Assembly: GCA_964016885.1 (NCBI GenBank)
Contig: OZ024745.1
Coordinates: forward strand, 118,420,001-118,484,000
Length of the DNA stretch: 64,000 nucleotides
Origin: Eledone cirrhosa
Lineage: Eukaryota
Direction: 5' to 3'
Positions 1 through 13,308 of this stretch are shown piece by piece (within the stretch, counting starts at the first letter, position 1; each line of letters begins with the position of its first letter). The notes under the pieces are model-generated. The model was not told the DNA's origin and made no database searches. It saw only the letters and a list, made by a program, of their open reading frames with translations. The position numbers and the translations under genes were made by a program.

Positions 1-94
1 CAAGGACATAATGCATCGCTCAGTCTGGGAATCGAACTCACAACCTCACGATTGCGAATCCAATTCTCTAACCACTCAGCCACACGCCTTCACT
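1..94 (-). mobile_element. tRNA-headed SINE (family A), 5' part, cut by window edge
   Basis: Reverse complement reads gtgaaggcgtgTGGCTGAGTGGttagagaattgg...gaGTTCGATTCcc (Pol III A and B boxes); same head at 44376, 52404 and 63465. Confidence 0.8.
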
Positions 95-529
95 ATATGA
101 AGGTTCTATTGTTTCATACTGGTTTGTAACAACATAGGTTGCAAGTTCCCAAATTTGTGGTCATAGACATACTTACCTTGAAAGATGTTATCAGAAGGAG
201 CCACGATATGGTTGGCTTTCCATCACACCTGGAACATGCTGTCTTTGGCCATTGTAAGTGCCCAGACAGGATAACCCTCTTTCCAGTCAAGGGAGGTTAA
301 TCTCTTATTGGGGATACCATGTACTGTGACACATCCTCTGCCTCCCGCCTTGTTGCTTCAACCATAAACCCAGGCACTGCCACCAATAATGGACAGAAGA
401 GGAAGATAAGTCAAATACTAGGACTTCACTGACCGTTTCCTTTTCATGCCAGTCACCAGCAAGATATCTAGTATCCGCATTCTCCAAACTGTTTTTTTCC
501 TCCACTAAACTGAAAGGAGTGTGACACAG

Positions 530-790
530 TAAATGGCTTGGAATTACAGTCCAACAGGCTTCCAAACAATCTCCCCAAGCGACGCCAGCCAAGCTCATGG
601 ATGTTATCCAACCAACCAACTTGCTCGGGGTCTACCTCTGGGTTTCCTGCCAGTTGGTTTTGCCATAAAATCTGTCCAGTGAAATCAAACCCAAGTCCTA
701 ATGATTATGAAGTGAATCTCTTAACAATTTAGTCATGCTGAATCTACACAGTTGTTGTAGAAGCTGCAAGAAATACATTTTACTCTGCCT
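530..790 (-). mobile_element. Degenerate RTE-clade LINE 3' fragment, near-duplicate of part of 7410-7850
   Basis: Minus strand encodes KPTGRKPRGRP...WLDNIHELGW, typical of an RTE C-terminus; long shared blocks with 7410-7850. Confidence 0.6.
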
Positions 791-1022
791 GAGGAAGAAG
801 CTCAATAAAATAAAGGTAAAGTGCAACAGGTGTTGCTGGCTGTTCTTCATAACAATGCTTTCGCTAGTTTGTGGGTTGGGCAAAGCTGAGATATATCACC
901 CTCCCACTTACTTTTAATATTTAATTTTTTTATTCTCTCTGTTCTTTTTTTTTTTTTGCAAAAGCTATATAATCCATTTGAAATTTGGTGAATAAAAAAT
1001 TCACTAAAAGAAAAAAAAAATG

Positions 1023-1240
1023 TTCTTTAGCATTTACATTACTCTATATATACTATTGTATTTTTGTGGTAAAGAGTTTACCTCACACAATTATCTCGCA
1101 TAATATTGAATCTACGAGATTTTGATATTATCTATTTTGAGAAAAATACCTTAATGAGCGGCCAGTTACAGCTAGTTTGAACAGAAAGAGGTGAGGGAAT
1201 TCTGGTTGGATACAGCTGGTTTAAATGCTAAATGTTTAAA
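1023..1240. mobile_element. piggyBac-type MITE (~210 bp), degenerate ends
   Basis: ctttagcattta...taaatgctaaa terminal inverted repeat; body matches copies at 1402 and 1939. Confidence 0.7.
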
Positions 1241-1401
1241 CTACGTCTTGTAGATGACAGCTGTTAATGTTATCAATGACTGGTTGGATGAAATAAGTTG
1301 AACTTACACCATAAAATGATGTAAATAAATACTACAACTGTTTTGTTTACTATTCTATTAATCATGCTAATCACCCCTCCCCCACTCCACCTTATGTATT
1401 A

Positions 1402-1610
1402 TTAACCCTTTAGCATTTAAACCGACCATATCCAGCCAGAATTCTCTCACTTCTTTCTGTTCAAACCGGCCATAACCAGCCACTTATACTGACATTAAGG
1501 TATTGTTCTTAGAATAAATAATAACATCATCAAAATCTTCTAGATTCCATGTTATGTGAGATAATTATGTGAGATAAAACATGTTAGTAATGTAAATGTT
1601 AAAGGGTTAA
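1402..1610. mobile_element. piggyBac-type MITE with TTAA TSDs
   Basis: TTAA|ccctttagcattta ... taaatgttaaaggg|TTAA; inverted relative to its neighbours. Confidence 0.8.
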
Positions 1611-1938
1611 GCAATAACACATCAACAAATGACTGGGTGTTTGGATTCGCTTATGCTACACACATACGTTTGCGAAGTGCACAATGAGAATTTGATAAAC
1701 TGTGTAAGTGGATATTGCCAACAAATTTTACAGATACAAGAGAATCCTGAGTTTGTAAACTGATATGTGGAGTAATAATTATCAACATGTGAAAGGGTTG
1801 TGAGGCATTCACCACTGTGTGAGGTGTTATGGAATGAAGTGGAATAAGGTGAGGTAAGAGAAGTTGAGGTGAAGGTGGCTGTGAAAAATGTCACAGACAG
1901 AAATTACAGGCAACAATAACACTACAATACTGCCACAC

Positions 1939-2163
1939 TTAACCCTTTAGCATTTATATTACTCTATATATACAATTGTATTTTCACAGTAAAGTAATCT
2001 TACATAATATCTCACATAATATCGAATCTATGAGATTTTGATATTATTTATTTTGAGAACAATATTTTAACATCAGTATGAGTGGCTAGTTATGCCCAGT
2101 TTGAACAGAAAGAGGTGAGAGAATTCTGGGCGAATATGGCCGGGTTAAATGCTAAAAGGTTAA
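1939..2163. mobile_element. piggyBac-type MITE with TTAA TSDs
   Basis: TTAA|ccctttagcattta ... taaatgctaaaagg|TTAA. Confidence 0.8.
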
Positions 2164-2565
2164 CAGCTACATAGATATTCAATAACCTATTGCAACTAAA
2201 AGTGCATATATGTATATCCTTCACTCATGCTCACTATATGTCGTATACATAATGTGTGGGTGTATGTGTGTGCGTCCGTTCAAGTGAAACAGGAAAAGAC
2301 TAGTCAAAACATGTCATAGACTATATTTATTTACTTGCTGAGTTGAAACTTTGTCACTCGTCCTAGTTTCATGCTTGGTATATTAGAAGCACAGAAGTAG
2401 CAACTGTGTGAAGTTTCAGGTTTATGTAAACACATACAGACAGACACAATGCAATTCTGCTAACCTGCACCCTTAGGACCTGGGTAGTGCTAGATTGTTA
2501 AATATGCCAGTAAATTGGAACTCAAACTTTAAAATATACAAAATTTGCATTATAAAATATACATA

Positions 2566-4660
2566 TCATCATCATCATCATCATCATCATCACCGTTTTA
2601 CGTCCGTTCTTCCACGCTAGGTTAGACGGGTTGTCCTGTTGTGGGCAGTGTCTGGTCGGCTGACCATGCCTTGCTCATACAGGAACTGATTTGTCTTGAT
2701 TTCTACAGCTGGATGCCCTTCCTAACACCAACCTCATTTACAGTGAGTGCTGGGTGCTTTTTCGTGGCGCCTACACGTCCACTTTACAGTGTGGGCTGGG
2801 TGCTTTTTTGCCGTGGCACCTCCACGACCACCTTGCGGTGGGAGGTGTGGGGGCATATTGTCTATATGCTTCAGCTTGTACCCATGGGAGGTCGGGTACT
2901 CTGTATTACTGCGTGACGCTAGAGGTCACAGTCGTGTGTCATTGCCTTTGAGAGGTGTAATTGGGTAAGGTCGGCTTTTATCACCTCATCCCAGGTCATC
3001 TTGGGTCTCCCCATTCCGCGGTTTCCATCGACTTCTAGTGCTCTGCACCTTTTTATGCAGCTGTCATCCTTCATACGCATCACGTGTCCATACCAGCGCA
3101 ACCGCCTCTCCTGCACACAGCATTTGATTCCTCTTATGCCCAGTCTCTCTCTCAATTCATTTATGCTTTGTCGTTCACGTATATTACTGTTACACATCCA
3201 TCGGAGCATGCAGGCTTCGTTTCTCTCTAATCTACGTAAGTCTTCCACCTTCAGCGCCCAGGTCTCACTACCATGCAACATCGCTGTTCGGATACACGCA
3301 TCATACAGTCTGCCTTTCATTCTGAGGGAGAAGCCTTTTGCAACTAGCAGTGGTAGTAGTTCCCTAAACTTCTTCCATCCCGTTCTTACCCTAGTTATTG
3401 TACTTTCTGAACACCCACCTCCGCTGTTAATTCGGTCACCTAGGTAGCAGAAGCTGTCTACTGTTTCTACAGAGCCCTCCCAAAGATTGGTGGTACTTGT
3501 TTCCTGTGGCTGTTTGCTGCTTGCTGTCCCAGCACAGCTGCTGCATGTGAAGCCTACATTCTTAATTAAGCTTCCTGAGATCCCGCTACATCTTTTGTGT
3601 ACCCATTGTTTGCATTTGGGGCAGAGAATGGAGTTCCTACTTACACCTTTCCTACATACTGAGCAAGGCCAGTTCCCTGAGGGGATTTGGGTTCTGTTTT
3701 CTCGTCTACTTACAAGGACCTTAGTCTTTGTCATGTTGACTTTGAGACCCTTTCTTTCTAGTCCCTGCTTCCAAGTTTGGAATTTCTTCTCTAGTTCTAC
3801 CATAGATTCAGCTATAAGTGCGAGTTCATCAGCATACAGGAGTTCCCATGGGCATCCGGTCTTAAACTCCTCTGTTATTGCCTGCAGGACTATGATGAAC
3901 AGGAGGGGGCTAAGAACAGAGCCCTGGTGGACCCCAACCTATATGCTAAATTCCTCGCTATACTCATTGCTAATCCTAACTTTGCTGACTGCTCCCCTAT
4001 ACATGGCTTGTACCGCTTTCACAAGCCATTCATCTACTCCTAGTTTTCTAAGAGCCTACCAGATTACAGCACGTGGAACTCTGTCAAAGGCTTTCTCAAG
4101 GTCGACAAATGCCAAGTAGAGTGGCTTACTTTTAGCTAGGTACTTTTCCTGTAACTGTCTCACAAGGAAGAGGGCATCAGTGGTGCCTCTTCCTCTACAA
4201 ACCCAAATTGCATCTCGTCTATTTTCACCCGGTCCCTAATCAACTGTGCTATAACTCTTTCTGTTACTTTCATGACCTGGTCCATCAACTTTATACCTCT
4301 ATAGTTTCCTCTATCTAGTGCATCACCTTTACCTTTGTAGCAGTTGACAATGATGCTACTGCACCAATCTTTTGGTATGACACCTTCTAGTATTACCTGG
4401 TTAACTATATGTGTGATTATAGTGTGACCTACAGACCCAGATGCCTTCAGCATCTCGGCAGCTATACCCGATGGACCGGTTGCCTTCCCCATCTTCATAT
4501 CTTTGATTGCCTTACTTACTACGTTGCTGCTGACTTGTGACTTGTACTGCTGGCCCCTCTATAGGGTCTACTTGGGGTAGGGTCTCTTCTTCCCATGCAT
4601 TCTCCTCATTTAGTAATCTATCATAATGACTCTTCCATGCATCTTTCTTCTCAGCACTTA
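2566..4660 (-). mobile_element. 5'-truncated RTE-clade LINE with 3' UTR and (GAT)n tail
   Basis: RT motifs KATGPSG, NYRGIKL, AFVDLEKAFD, GVHQGSVLSP, ELLYADD; C-terminal RRLRWYGHVMR and GRPKMTW; (cat)n at 2566-2592. Confidence 0.93.
2919..4657 (-). pseudogene. RTE reverse transcriptase ORF, frameshifted near 4515 and 4195
   Basis: ORF pieces 4512-4657, 4160-4498 and the frame running to the stop at 2919 join into one RT plus C-terminal protein. Confidence 0.85.
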
Positions 4661-5131
4661 TATATATATCATTTAAAAAAATGGAGAGAAAGAGAGAGAA
4701 ATTATTTGAAAGACGGGTATAAATAAATTGAGTTTCGAGGCAGTTTTCCACATAAATGTACACATACACATATGCAGTTACATGTATTTCTACTATACCA
4801 CTTCATTGACTGTACCTAAATGTTTGTGCATGATCCTTGCAATAGTTACCAATTTCGTCTCTGATCTTGGAAAGAAAAAATCTACTAAGGTTTTCAATTC
4901 AACAAAGTCTTGTTCAACTGTTAATGAATGCTTTTCTGAAATGTTACACTTCGAAGAGGAAAAGAAAAATATTCCCTATAACCTATTCAACAACTTTCAG
5001 AATGACTTTAACAAAAGTTTATGCTTTTTCAAACTTGAACTGTTAACCAGAACAAAACAGATATTAAAGTTTGTGATGATGGTCTTTTTTTACTGCCGAA
5101 CATCCCCTCAATCTCTCTTATTTCTCATTCT

Positions 5132-5168
5132 TTCTTCTGATGAAGGACTAGCGTCCGAAACTTTAAGA
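5132..5168 (+). ncRNA. Minimal type I hammerhead ribozyme-like motif (Penelope pseudo-LTR type), stem III mismatched
   Basis: tctt CTGATGA a GGAC tagc GTCC GAAAC tt t aaga: conserved core, 4-bp stem II, tctt/aaga stem I. Confidence 0.55.
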
Positions 5169-5272
5169 CCCTCTTCCTGCTATATCAAGCGTTAACCTAA
5201 TATATCCCTTCCATATACTGTACCGATTGTGTTGTTATTTCTGTTTACCTTTTACACACACACATACATATA

Positions 5273-6167
<895 letters not shown>

Positions 6168-6175
6168 TATGTATG

Positions 6176-6205
<30 letters not shown>

Positions 6206-6206
<1 letters not shown>

Positions 6207-6426
6207 CATCATCATCACCGTTTTACGTCCGTTCTTCCAGGCTAGCATGGGTTAGACGGGTTGTCCTGTTGTCGGCAGTGTCCAGTCGGCTGACCTTGTC
6301 TTGCTCATACGGGAACTGATTTTGGCTTGATTTCTACTGCTGGCTGCCCTTCCTAACACCAACCTCATTTACAGTGAGTGCTTTTTTCCGTGGTGCCTAC
6401 ACGTCCACTTTATAGTGTCGGCTGGA
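6206..6426 (-). mobile_element. RTE-tailed SINE/LINE 3' end
   Basis: Nearly identical to 2575-2800; (GAT)n tail. Confidence 0.75.
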
Positions 6427-6458
6427 ATATATACACACACACACACACACATTTTGAT

Positions 6459-6765
6459 ATATGGCTTAATGGTTAGAGTGTTGGGCTTACAATCGTGAGG
6501 TTGTGAGTTCGATTCTCAGACCAGGTGAAGTGTTGTGTCCTTAAGCAAAATACTTTATTTCCCATTGCTCCAGTTCACTCAACTGTCAAAAAGAGTTACA
6601 GCATCACTGGTACCAAGCTGTATCGACCATTGCCTTTTCCTTGGACACCACTGGTGGTGTGGAGAGGGGAGACTGTTGGTCTTTCACAAACAACCTTGTG
6701 CCTCAGAGGGGAACTTTCTAGGTACAAATCCCCTGCTTATTCATGACAGGGGTCTTTACACTTTA
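6459..6765 (+). mobile_element. tRNA-headed SINE (family A)
   Basis: tggcttaatgg A-box and gttcgattc B-box; body matches 52404-52740. Confidence 0.78.
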
Positions 6766-6833
6766 TGTATATTAATATAAAAATAACTATATTTACCTTT
6801 ATAATGTTGGCTTCAATTATGTATCCACTAACT

Positions 6834-6982
6834 GCCTACTACTATACTGTAGTGATGTTAGGACTGTGGAGGCTGGTGTGTACTCTATATAGAATGTACC
6901 CATGTACCCACTACCTACCTACTACTATACTGTAGTGATGTTAGGACTGTGGAGGCTGGTGTGTACTCTATGTAGAATGCAC
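6834..6982. repeat. Local direct duplication (~65-bp copies ~83 bp apart)
   Basis: cctactactatactgtagtgatgttaggactgtggaggctggtgtgtactctat occurs twice. Confidence 0.85.
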
Positions 6983-7409
6983 TGTACTGAATTCATTTCA
7001 CTTCAGTAATTAAATTTAATTCAAGTATATGCTAAATATATAAAATATATAAACATAAAACGTACCTTATACATAGTACGAGCAAATATCAATTACACTT
7101 CCCTTATTAATTTAATGATATGTAACTTGAAATAATTGCTTAATTAAACTTTGATTATGGGATCAAATAGTAATAAATGGTTTTCATTTCACTTTTGTAA
7201 TCCCCCACCAGCTCAGCATTAGTCATCCCCCCCCCCCCATTAAAGATTAGTTGAACAGTATGAGCGGTTGTTACTGTAGAATGGATCGCCATCAGTTTCT
7301 ATCAATAGAACAACCCGCTCATGAAATTAATGTGTAAGTGTCTGAGCATTCCACAGATACATCCTTAACGTAATTCTCAGGGAGACTCAGTATGACACAG
7401 TATATGAAA

Positions 7410-7850
7410 TGGCTGGTCCTTGGAATTACAGTCCAACAGACTTCCAAACAATTTCCATCTACCCAATTTCCCTCCCAAAGTATGAGACAATCCAAGACTA
7501 TGACAAATGATACTTCCACAACATTTCTTCTTCTTCTTCTTCTCCCACTTAATCCTGGGAGGGTCATGGGGGCAGCCTCCTCAAACACTCTTCCCAGCAG
7601 GTCTTGTTAGAAGCAACTGTTTCCAACTGATCCGGCTGGATCCCCAAGCAAGACCAGCCAAGCTCATGGATGTTATCCAACCAACTTGGTCGGGGTCTAC
7701 CTCTGGGTTTCCTGCCAGTTGGTTTTGCCAAAATCCGTCTAGTGAAAACCCAAGTCCTAATGATTATGAAGTGACCCTCTTAACAATTTGGTCATGCTAA
7801 ATCTACACAGTTGGTGTAGAAGCTGCAAGAAATACATTTTACTCTGCCTT
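7410..7850 (-). mobile_element. Degenerate RTE-clade LINE 3' fragment with (GAA)n tail, adjoining a SINE-like segment
   Basis: GRKPRGRPRPSWLDNIHELGWSCLGIQP on the minus strand; shares blocks with 530-790. Confidence 0.6.
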
Positions 7851-8274
7851 TTATTAAACATTGCCTTCATGTTCAACTACTTAGTTCATTATTGCTGATT
7901 CTAATAAAGACTGTTGAACCCATGCCACCAATAGCATCGGATGTATTTAATTTGGGGAATCCAGGATTGGCACACTAAGTTTGTGTGTGTGTGTGTGTGT
8001 GTGTGTACTACTACTTCATCATCATCACCGTTTAACGTTCATTCTTCCACGCTAGCATGGGTTAGACGGGTTGTCCACATCATGAGACAAGTCTGGCCAG
8101 TTGGCTGTGCTGTACCTTGCTCACACGCAACTGTATTTCTACAACTGGATGCCCTTCCTAACACCAACCGTATTTACAGTGTTTATATATAAACTGAAGT
8201 ATGTTTATAATGCGGCAAGTGAAATAGAAATAGAAGCATCACCATAATATTTTGACTACATAATATAGTCTAAT

Positions 8275-8462
8275 AATTGTTAATACTTTTGGCACAAGGC
8301 CAGTAATTACCCCAGTACATTATTGGTACTTTATTTTATCAACCCCCTAAGGATGAAAAGCAAAGCTAACCTCGACAGGATTTGAACTCAGAACATAAAG
8401 GACCATAACTCTATGCTGCTAAGCATGGTGTCACTCTACTGATACTGTCAATCCACTGCCCT
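8275..8462 (-). mobile_element. tRNA-headed SINE (family B)
   Basis: ggcacaaggccag...ggtactttattttatc...ggatttgaactc body; more than 12 copies in the window. Confidence 0.78.
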
Positions 8463-8579
8463 TTATAGTCTAATTATGGTGTGTACAATCCCATGGAACA
8501 GAAAAAGTTGGGTATCAGCACATGTGTGCTGATACCATCTTTTTCCTTCAAAATGTGGCACTTCTATTTCTATTTTATA

Positions 8580-9335
8580 TCATCACCATCATCATCGTTT
8601 AACGTCCATCTTCCACGCTAGCATGGGTTAGATAATTTTATTCCACTTGATACGGGATTGGTTCAGGAGGCCGTGTCTCGCTCATACAGACCTGTCCCTG
8701 GCAAGTTTTCTACAGCCGGATGCCCTTCCTACACCAACCACCTTTACAGCGTGCACTGGGAGCCTTTTTACCATGTCACCTACACGACCACCTTACAGTG
8801 GACAGAAATGGGAGTATGGAGTGAGGTGCGTGTATCTAGTATGTCCACTAGTAAAGATACTATAAACATTTGAATTAACAAATCCAGTTAGGTATCATAA
8901 AAAGAACCCAGTCCACTCTGTAAATGTGGTTGGTGTTAGGAAGGGATAAATGTGTCAAGATCAACACTTTTTGAAAAAGTCAAGCTTGATGTCAGGAAGA
9001 GCAACCAACCTTAGAATCCTGCCTCATAAAGCTTCTCTCAACCTGAACAAAACCCCAGATGTAAAACTGTTGATGATATTACATATATACATTACATACA
9101 TCATCGTTTAACATCTTTCTTCCACGTTAGCATGGGTTAGATGGGTTTGTTCCATTTAGAGGCAAGTTGGGTTGGGTAACCATGTATCGCTCATATGGGA
9201 CTGTTTCTGGCTGGTTTTCTATGGCTGGATGCCCTTCCTAGTGCCAACCATATTGACAGTGTGTGCTGGGTGCTTTTTACCGTGTCTTTTACACGACTAC
9301 TTTTCAGTGTAGGCTGGATGCTTTGTGGTACCAAC
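8580..9335. mobile_element. Cluster of RTE-tailed SINE fragments in both orientations
   Basis: catcgtttaacgtcc...gcatgggttaga...ggatgcccttcct at 8580-8805 and 9099-9335; an inverted piece at ~8900-9080. Confidence 0.65.
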
Positions 9336-9338
9336 ATA

Positions 9339-9465
<127 letters not shown>

Positions 9466-9939
9466 TTAGATAAACATAAATGCAGGTAAAGCTTTGTAGT
9501 TAAGAAGACTTTTCAGTTAAGGTTGTTAACAGCCTAAAATTCATCATTCAAGCCTAATAATATAGCGGATGATTATAAAATTACAGATAATGATGTTGAT
9601 GATGATGACAATAATAATGATAATTCTCGTCAGTTTAACACCTGGTTTCTCTGCATGAATTGGACAGGTCTACAGTTCAGCATTATGCCACCTCTCATAA
9701 GCCTATGTCATCTCATCTGTGAAAGCCCGTCCTCCTGAGATCTAACCTCATCACTTCTTCTCACTTCCTCTTCAATCTTCCCCAGCTGTAAGTGAATTTC
9801 AATGTCAAAATATAACACTTTCCACTTAGGACACAATTGTGCATTCACATCTTGTTTTCATATCACCAGAGCTGTTCTCTGCTGCATACATATGCATACA
9901 TCATTTTTCCTGTACACAATAGTCAATATTATATATCAA

Positions 9940-10130
9940 AGGGCAGTGGATAGGCAGTATTGGTAGAGGGTTGGACGCCATGCTTTGACGTATAGAGTTA
10001 CGGCCCTTGCCTTTCTGAGTTCAAATCCCGCCAAGGTTAACTTTGCCTTTCATCCTTACGGGGTCGATAAAATAAAGTACCAGTAATGCACTGGGTAATT
10101 GCTGGCCTTGTGCCTAACGTAGAAACAATT
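9940..10130 (+). mobile_element. tRNA-headed SINE (family B), full length
   Basis: ggcagtattggtaga A-box region and gagttcaaatcc B-box; ends agaaacaattat. Confidence 0.8.
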
Positions 10131-10269
10131 ATATATCAAATTGCAAAGGTTCGTTCAGATCTTTATTTTCGACATGAGAAAGATCTGTGTGTATAGATTT
10201 TAAATATGTTATTACTAAACTAAGAGACATAAAATAGCTAACAGATTCTAAGCAATGGCCATGTGTAAT

Positions 10270-10400
10270 GGTCTCCTTTACAATCAAACCCTAGCTCACA
10301 GGGGCCCAGTTTTCTCTATTTGCCTCTTCTGTTATTACTACAAGGGTTTTTGCCCTCCTGAACTAACTAGCTGCATATCCTGTCCACTTTCTTTTTTTTC
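10270..10400 (+). mobile_element. Old CR1/L2-group LINE C-terminal fragment
   Basis: QTLAHRGPVFSICLFCYYYKGFCPPEL resembles the PLAHRRxVASLxLFYRYYxGxCSxEL motif (recalled). Confidence 0.5.
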
Positions 10401-10959
10401 TTGCCGTCTCCACAAGAGTGTCAGTTACAAAGCTGAACACATTGCTGTCCTTTCTCATGAACTCTACCAAGTCCAATGCTGTACAGGGGTGTTCCAGGCA
10501 GGGGGTATATCAGGAGGTGCTGCGTAGTCTGTCGTTCGATGCCGCAGTCACAAACAACATCCCCATCCTTTAAATATCTCCATTTTGCAAGAGTGACTTT
10601 TGCATCTGTTTAGGCATTTCCACCCTGCATAGTTTGTATCTGCTCTAGGGAGCAGTGCCTTGCTTTCTGATGGGAGGTTGTTAAATTGTTCTTCCCAGCG
10701 AGTCACTATTTCACTACTCCTCCCCCATTTGTCACTCCCCCCGTGCCACTCCTCCCACCATTCCCCCCCATTTGTCTCTCCTCCCACCATTTATCTTTTC
10801 TCCCCTCATGTGCCCTCCCCCCACATTTGTCTCTCTTCCGACCATTTCTCTCTTCTCCCCCCGTGCCATTCCTCCCCCCCCATTTGTCACTCTTCACACC
10901 ATTTGTCTCTCTTCCTCTCATCAATCTCACTATTATATTTCACAAATAATACTTTTAAT

Positions 10960-12090
10960 GTTTACTATACTATGTCTATATATTATATTGGTGTACTATG
11001 TCTACTATATTGTATTGGTGTACAATGTCTACTATATTGTACCATGTCTACTATATTGTATTGGTGTACTATGTCTACTATATTGTACCATGTCTACTAT
11101 ATTGTATTGGTGTACAATGTCTACTATATTGTACCATGTCTACTATATTGTATTGGTGTACAATGTCTACTATATTGTATTAGTGTACAATGTCTACTAT
11201 ATTGTATTAGTGTACAATGTCTACTATATTGTATTGGTGTACAATGTCTACTATATTGTACTATGTCTACTATATTGTATTGGTGTACAATGTCTACTAT
11301 ATTGTACCATGTCTACTATATTGTATTGGTGTACTATGTCTACTATATTGTACCATGTCTACTATATTGTATTGGTGTACAATGTCTACTATATTGTATT
11401 GGTGTACAATGTCTACTATATTGTACCATGTCTACTATATTGTATTGGTGTACAATGTCTACTATATTGTACCATGTCTACTATATTGTATTGGTGTACT
11501 ATATCTACTATATTGTACTATGTCTATATATTATATTGGTGTACTATGTCTACTATATTGTACTATGTCTATATATTATATTGGTGTACTATGTCTACTA
11601 TATTGTATTGGTGTACTATGTCTACTATATTGTACCATGTCTACTATATTGTATTGGTGTACTATGTCTACTATATTGTATTGGTGTACTATGTCTACTA
11701 TATTGTACCATATCTACTATATTGTATTAGTGTACTATGTCTACTATATTGTATTGGTGTACTATGTCTACTATATTGTACTATGTCTATATATTATATT
11801 GATGTACTATGTCTACTATATTGTATTGGTGTACTATGTCTACTATATTGTACCATGTCTACTATATTGTATTGGTGTACTATGTCTACTATATTGTACC
11901 ATGTCTACTATATTGTATTGGTGTACTATGTCTACTATATTGTATTGGTGTACTATGTCTACTATATTGTACCATGTCTACTATATTGTATTGGTGTACT
12001 ATGTCTACTATATTGTATTAGTGTACAATGTCTACTATATTGTACCATGTCTACTATATTGTATTGGTGTACTATGTCTACTATATTATA
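10960..12090. repeat. Compound minisatellite of 27-bp and 19-bp units
   Basis: atgtctactatattgtattggtgtac(t/a) interleaved with atgtctactatattgtacc. Confidence 0.95.
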
Positions 12091-13105
12091 CTAAATTTAT
12101 GTTTATTGTAGTGTTGACCACACAACATTTACAGCAGTGATTGCTTTATTGTTTATTGTACAATCTTTACTTTATTGTTTACTGTATAATCTTTGTTATT
12201 GTTTATTGAATTATGTTTATTGTGTTCACTACATTACATCAATTACATTGTTTACTACACTGTATTCATGACATGTTTACTTTACCATATAGTATTTACT
12301 TTATTGCATATTCTATTAAGTTTACAATATCTTATTTACTGTACTGTATTAATTTTTCATTGCTTTGTTTATTATATTTTCTATATTGTGTTGAAAGTAC
12401 TCTCTTACATTTATTGCATTGACAAGAAATCAATGTGACACCAAATAGCTCAGTCCATTAAACAGTAAATGGATACCACCATTAGCTTGCATTTTCTTGG
12501 CATATGACAATAAAATAGTTCAACTCCCTCTGAGAATCTACTTAAGGAGGAGAGTAAGGCTGTAATCAAGAGACTTTCTCTAGATGCACTATTTTACAAA
12601 TAAAAGGAAGTCTTTATTGTTGCCCCTGTTATCCAATGGACAGTGTAAAATTATTCAAATCTTTTGTGTTTCTATCTCTACTAGGAATTTATCATATTAT
12701 TTTTCAAGTGTTATATTTCTACATATATTGATTCTATAAGATTACAAACGATTATGGAATTCAAGCATTGTTAACATGACAAAAATAATAAAAGTTATAT
12801 ATATATTTTTATAAATGTTATAAAAAATAGTCTACAATTTTTATGGTTTCCTACTTTGTGGCAATTGTCACAATATTTTACCAGTGATGTGTGTTAAATG
12901 GTAGTACATTTGACAAGGGTGCAAAAGTGGAATATACTTGTAATATATCTGTTTTTACACACACACACATAAGATAGATAGATGGATGGATAAGGGGATA
13001 ATGTGGTAGTCTCATAACAAAAGAGATAGTAAATTATACACATAGGTGATCCAACTTGTATAAAAATAAAATTATATTATTATTATTATTATTATTATTG
13101 GTTTT

Positions 13106-13308
13106 AAGGCAGTGAATTGGCAGGATTTGCAGAGGGTTGGACACCATGCTTTGTAGCATAGGTTTACGGCACTTTATGTTCTGAGTTCAAATCCCACTGA
13201 GGTTAACTTTGCCTTTCATCCTTACGGAGTAGATAAAATAAAGTACCAGTAATGCACTGGGATAATTGCTGGCCTTGTGCCAAAAGTAGAAACAATTATT
13301 ATTATTAG
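13106..13308 (+). mobile_element. tRNA-headed SINE (family B) with (ATT)n tail; partial copy at 13477-13580
   Basis: Matches 9940-10130. Confidence 0.8.

Noticed and set aside
1-94. tRNA gene calls for A/B-box segments
   Set aside because: They continue into SINE bodies and lack a complete cloverleaf and T-run terminator
3001-4119. Plus-strand ORFs of 148 and 210 aa (also 36247-36768 and 5523-6065)
   Set aside because: Antisense shadows of LINE or mariner coding sequence
4728-5195. 155-aa ORF upstream of the hammerhead motif
   Set aside because: Non-ATG start and no recognisable domain; cannot be supported as a gene
10660-12140. ORFs of 307-440 aa
   Set aside because: Products of a stop-poor minisatellite, open in all three frames
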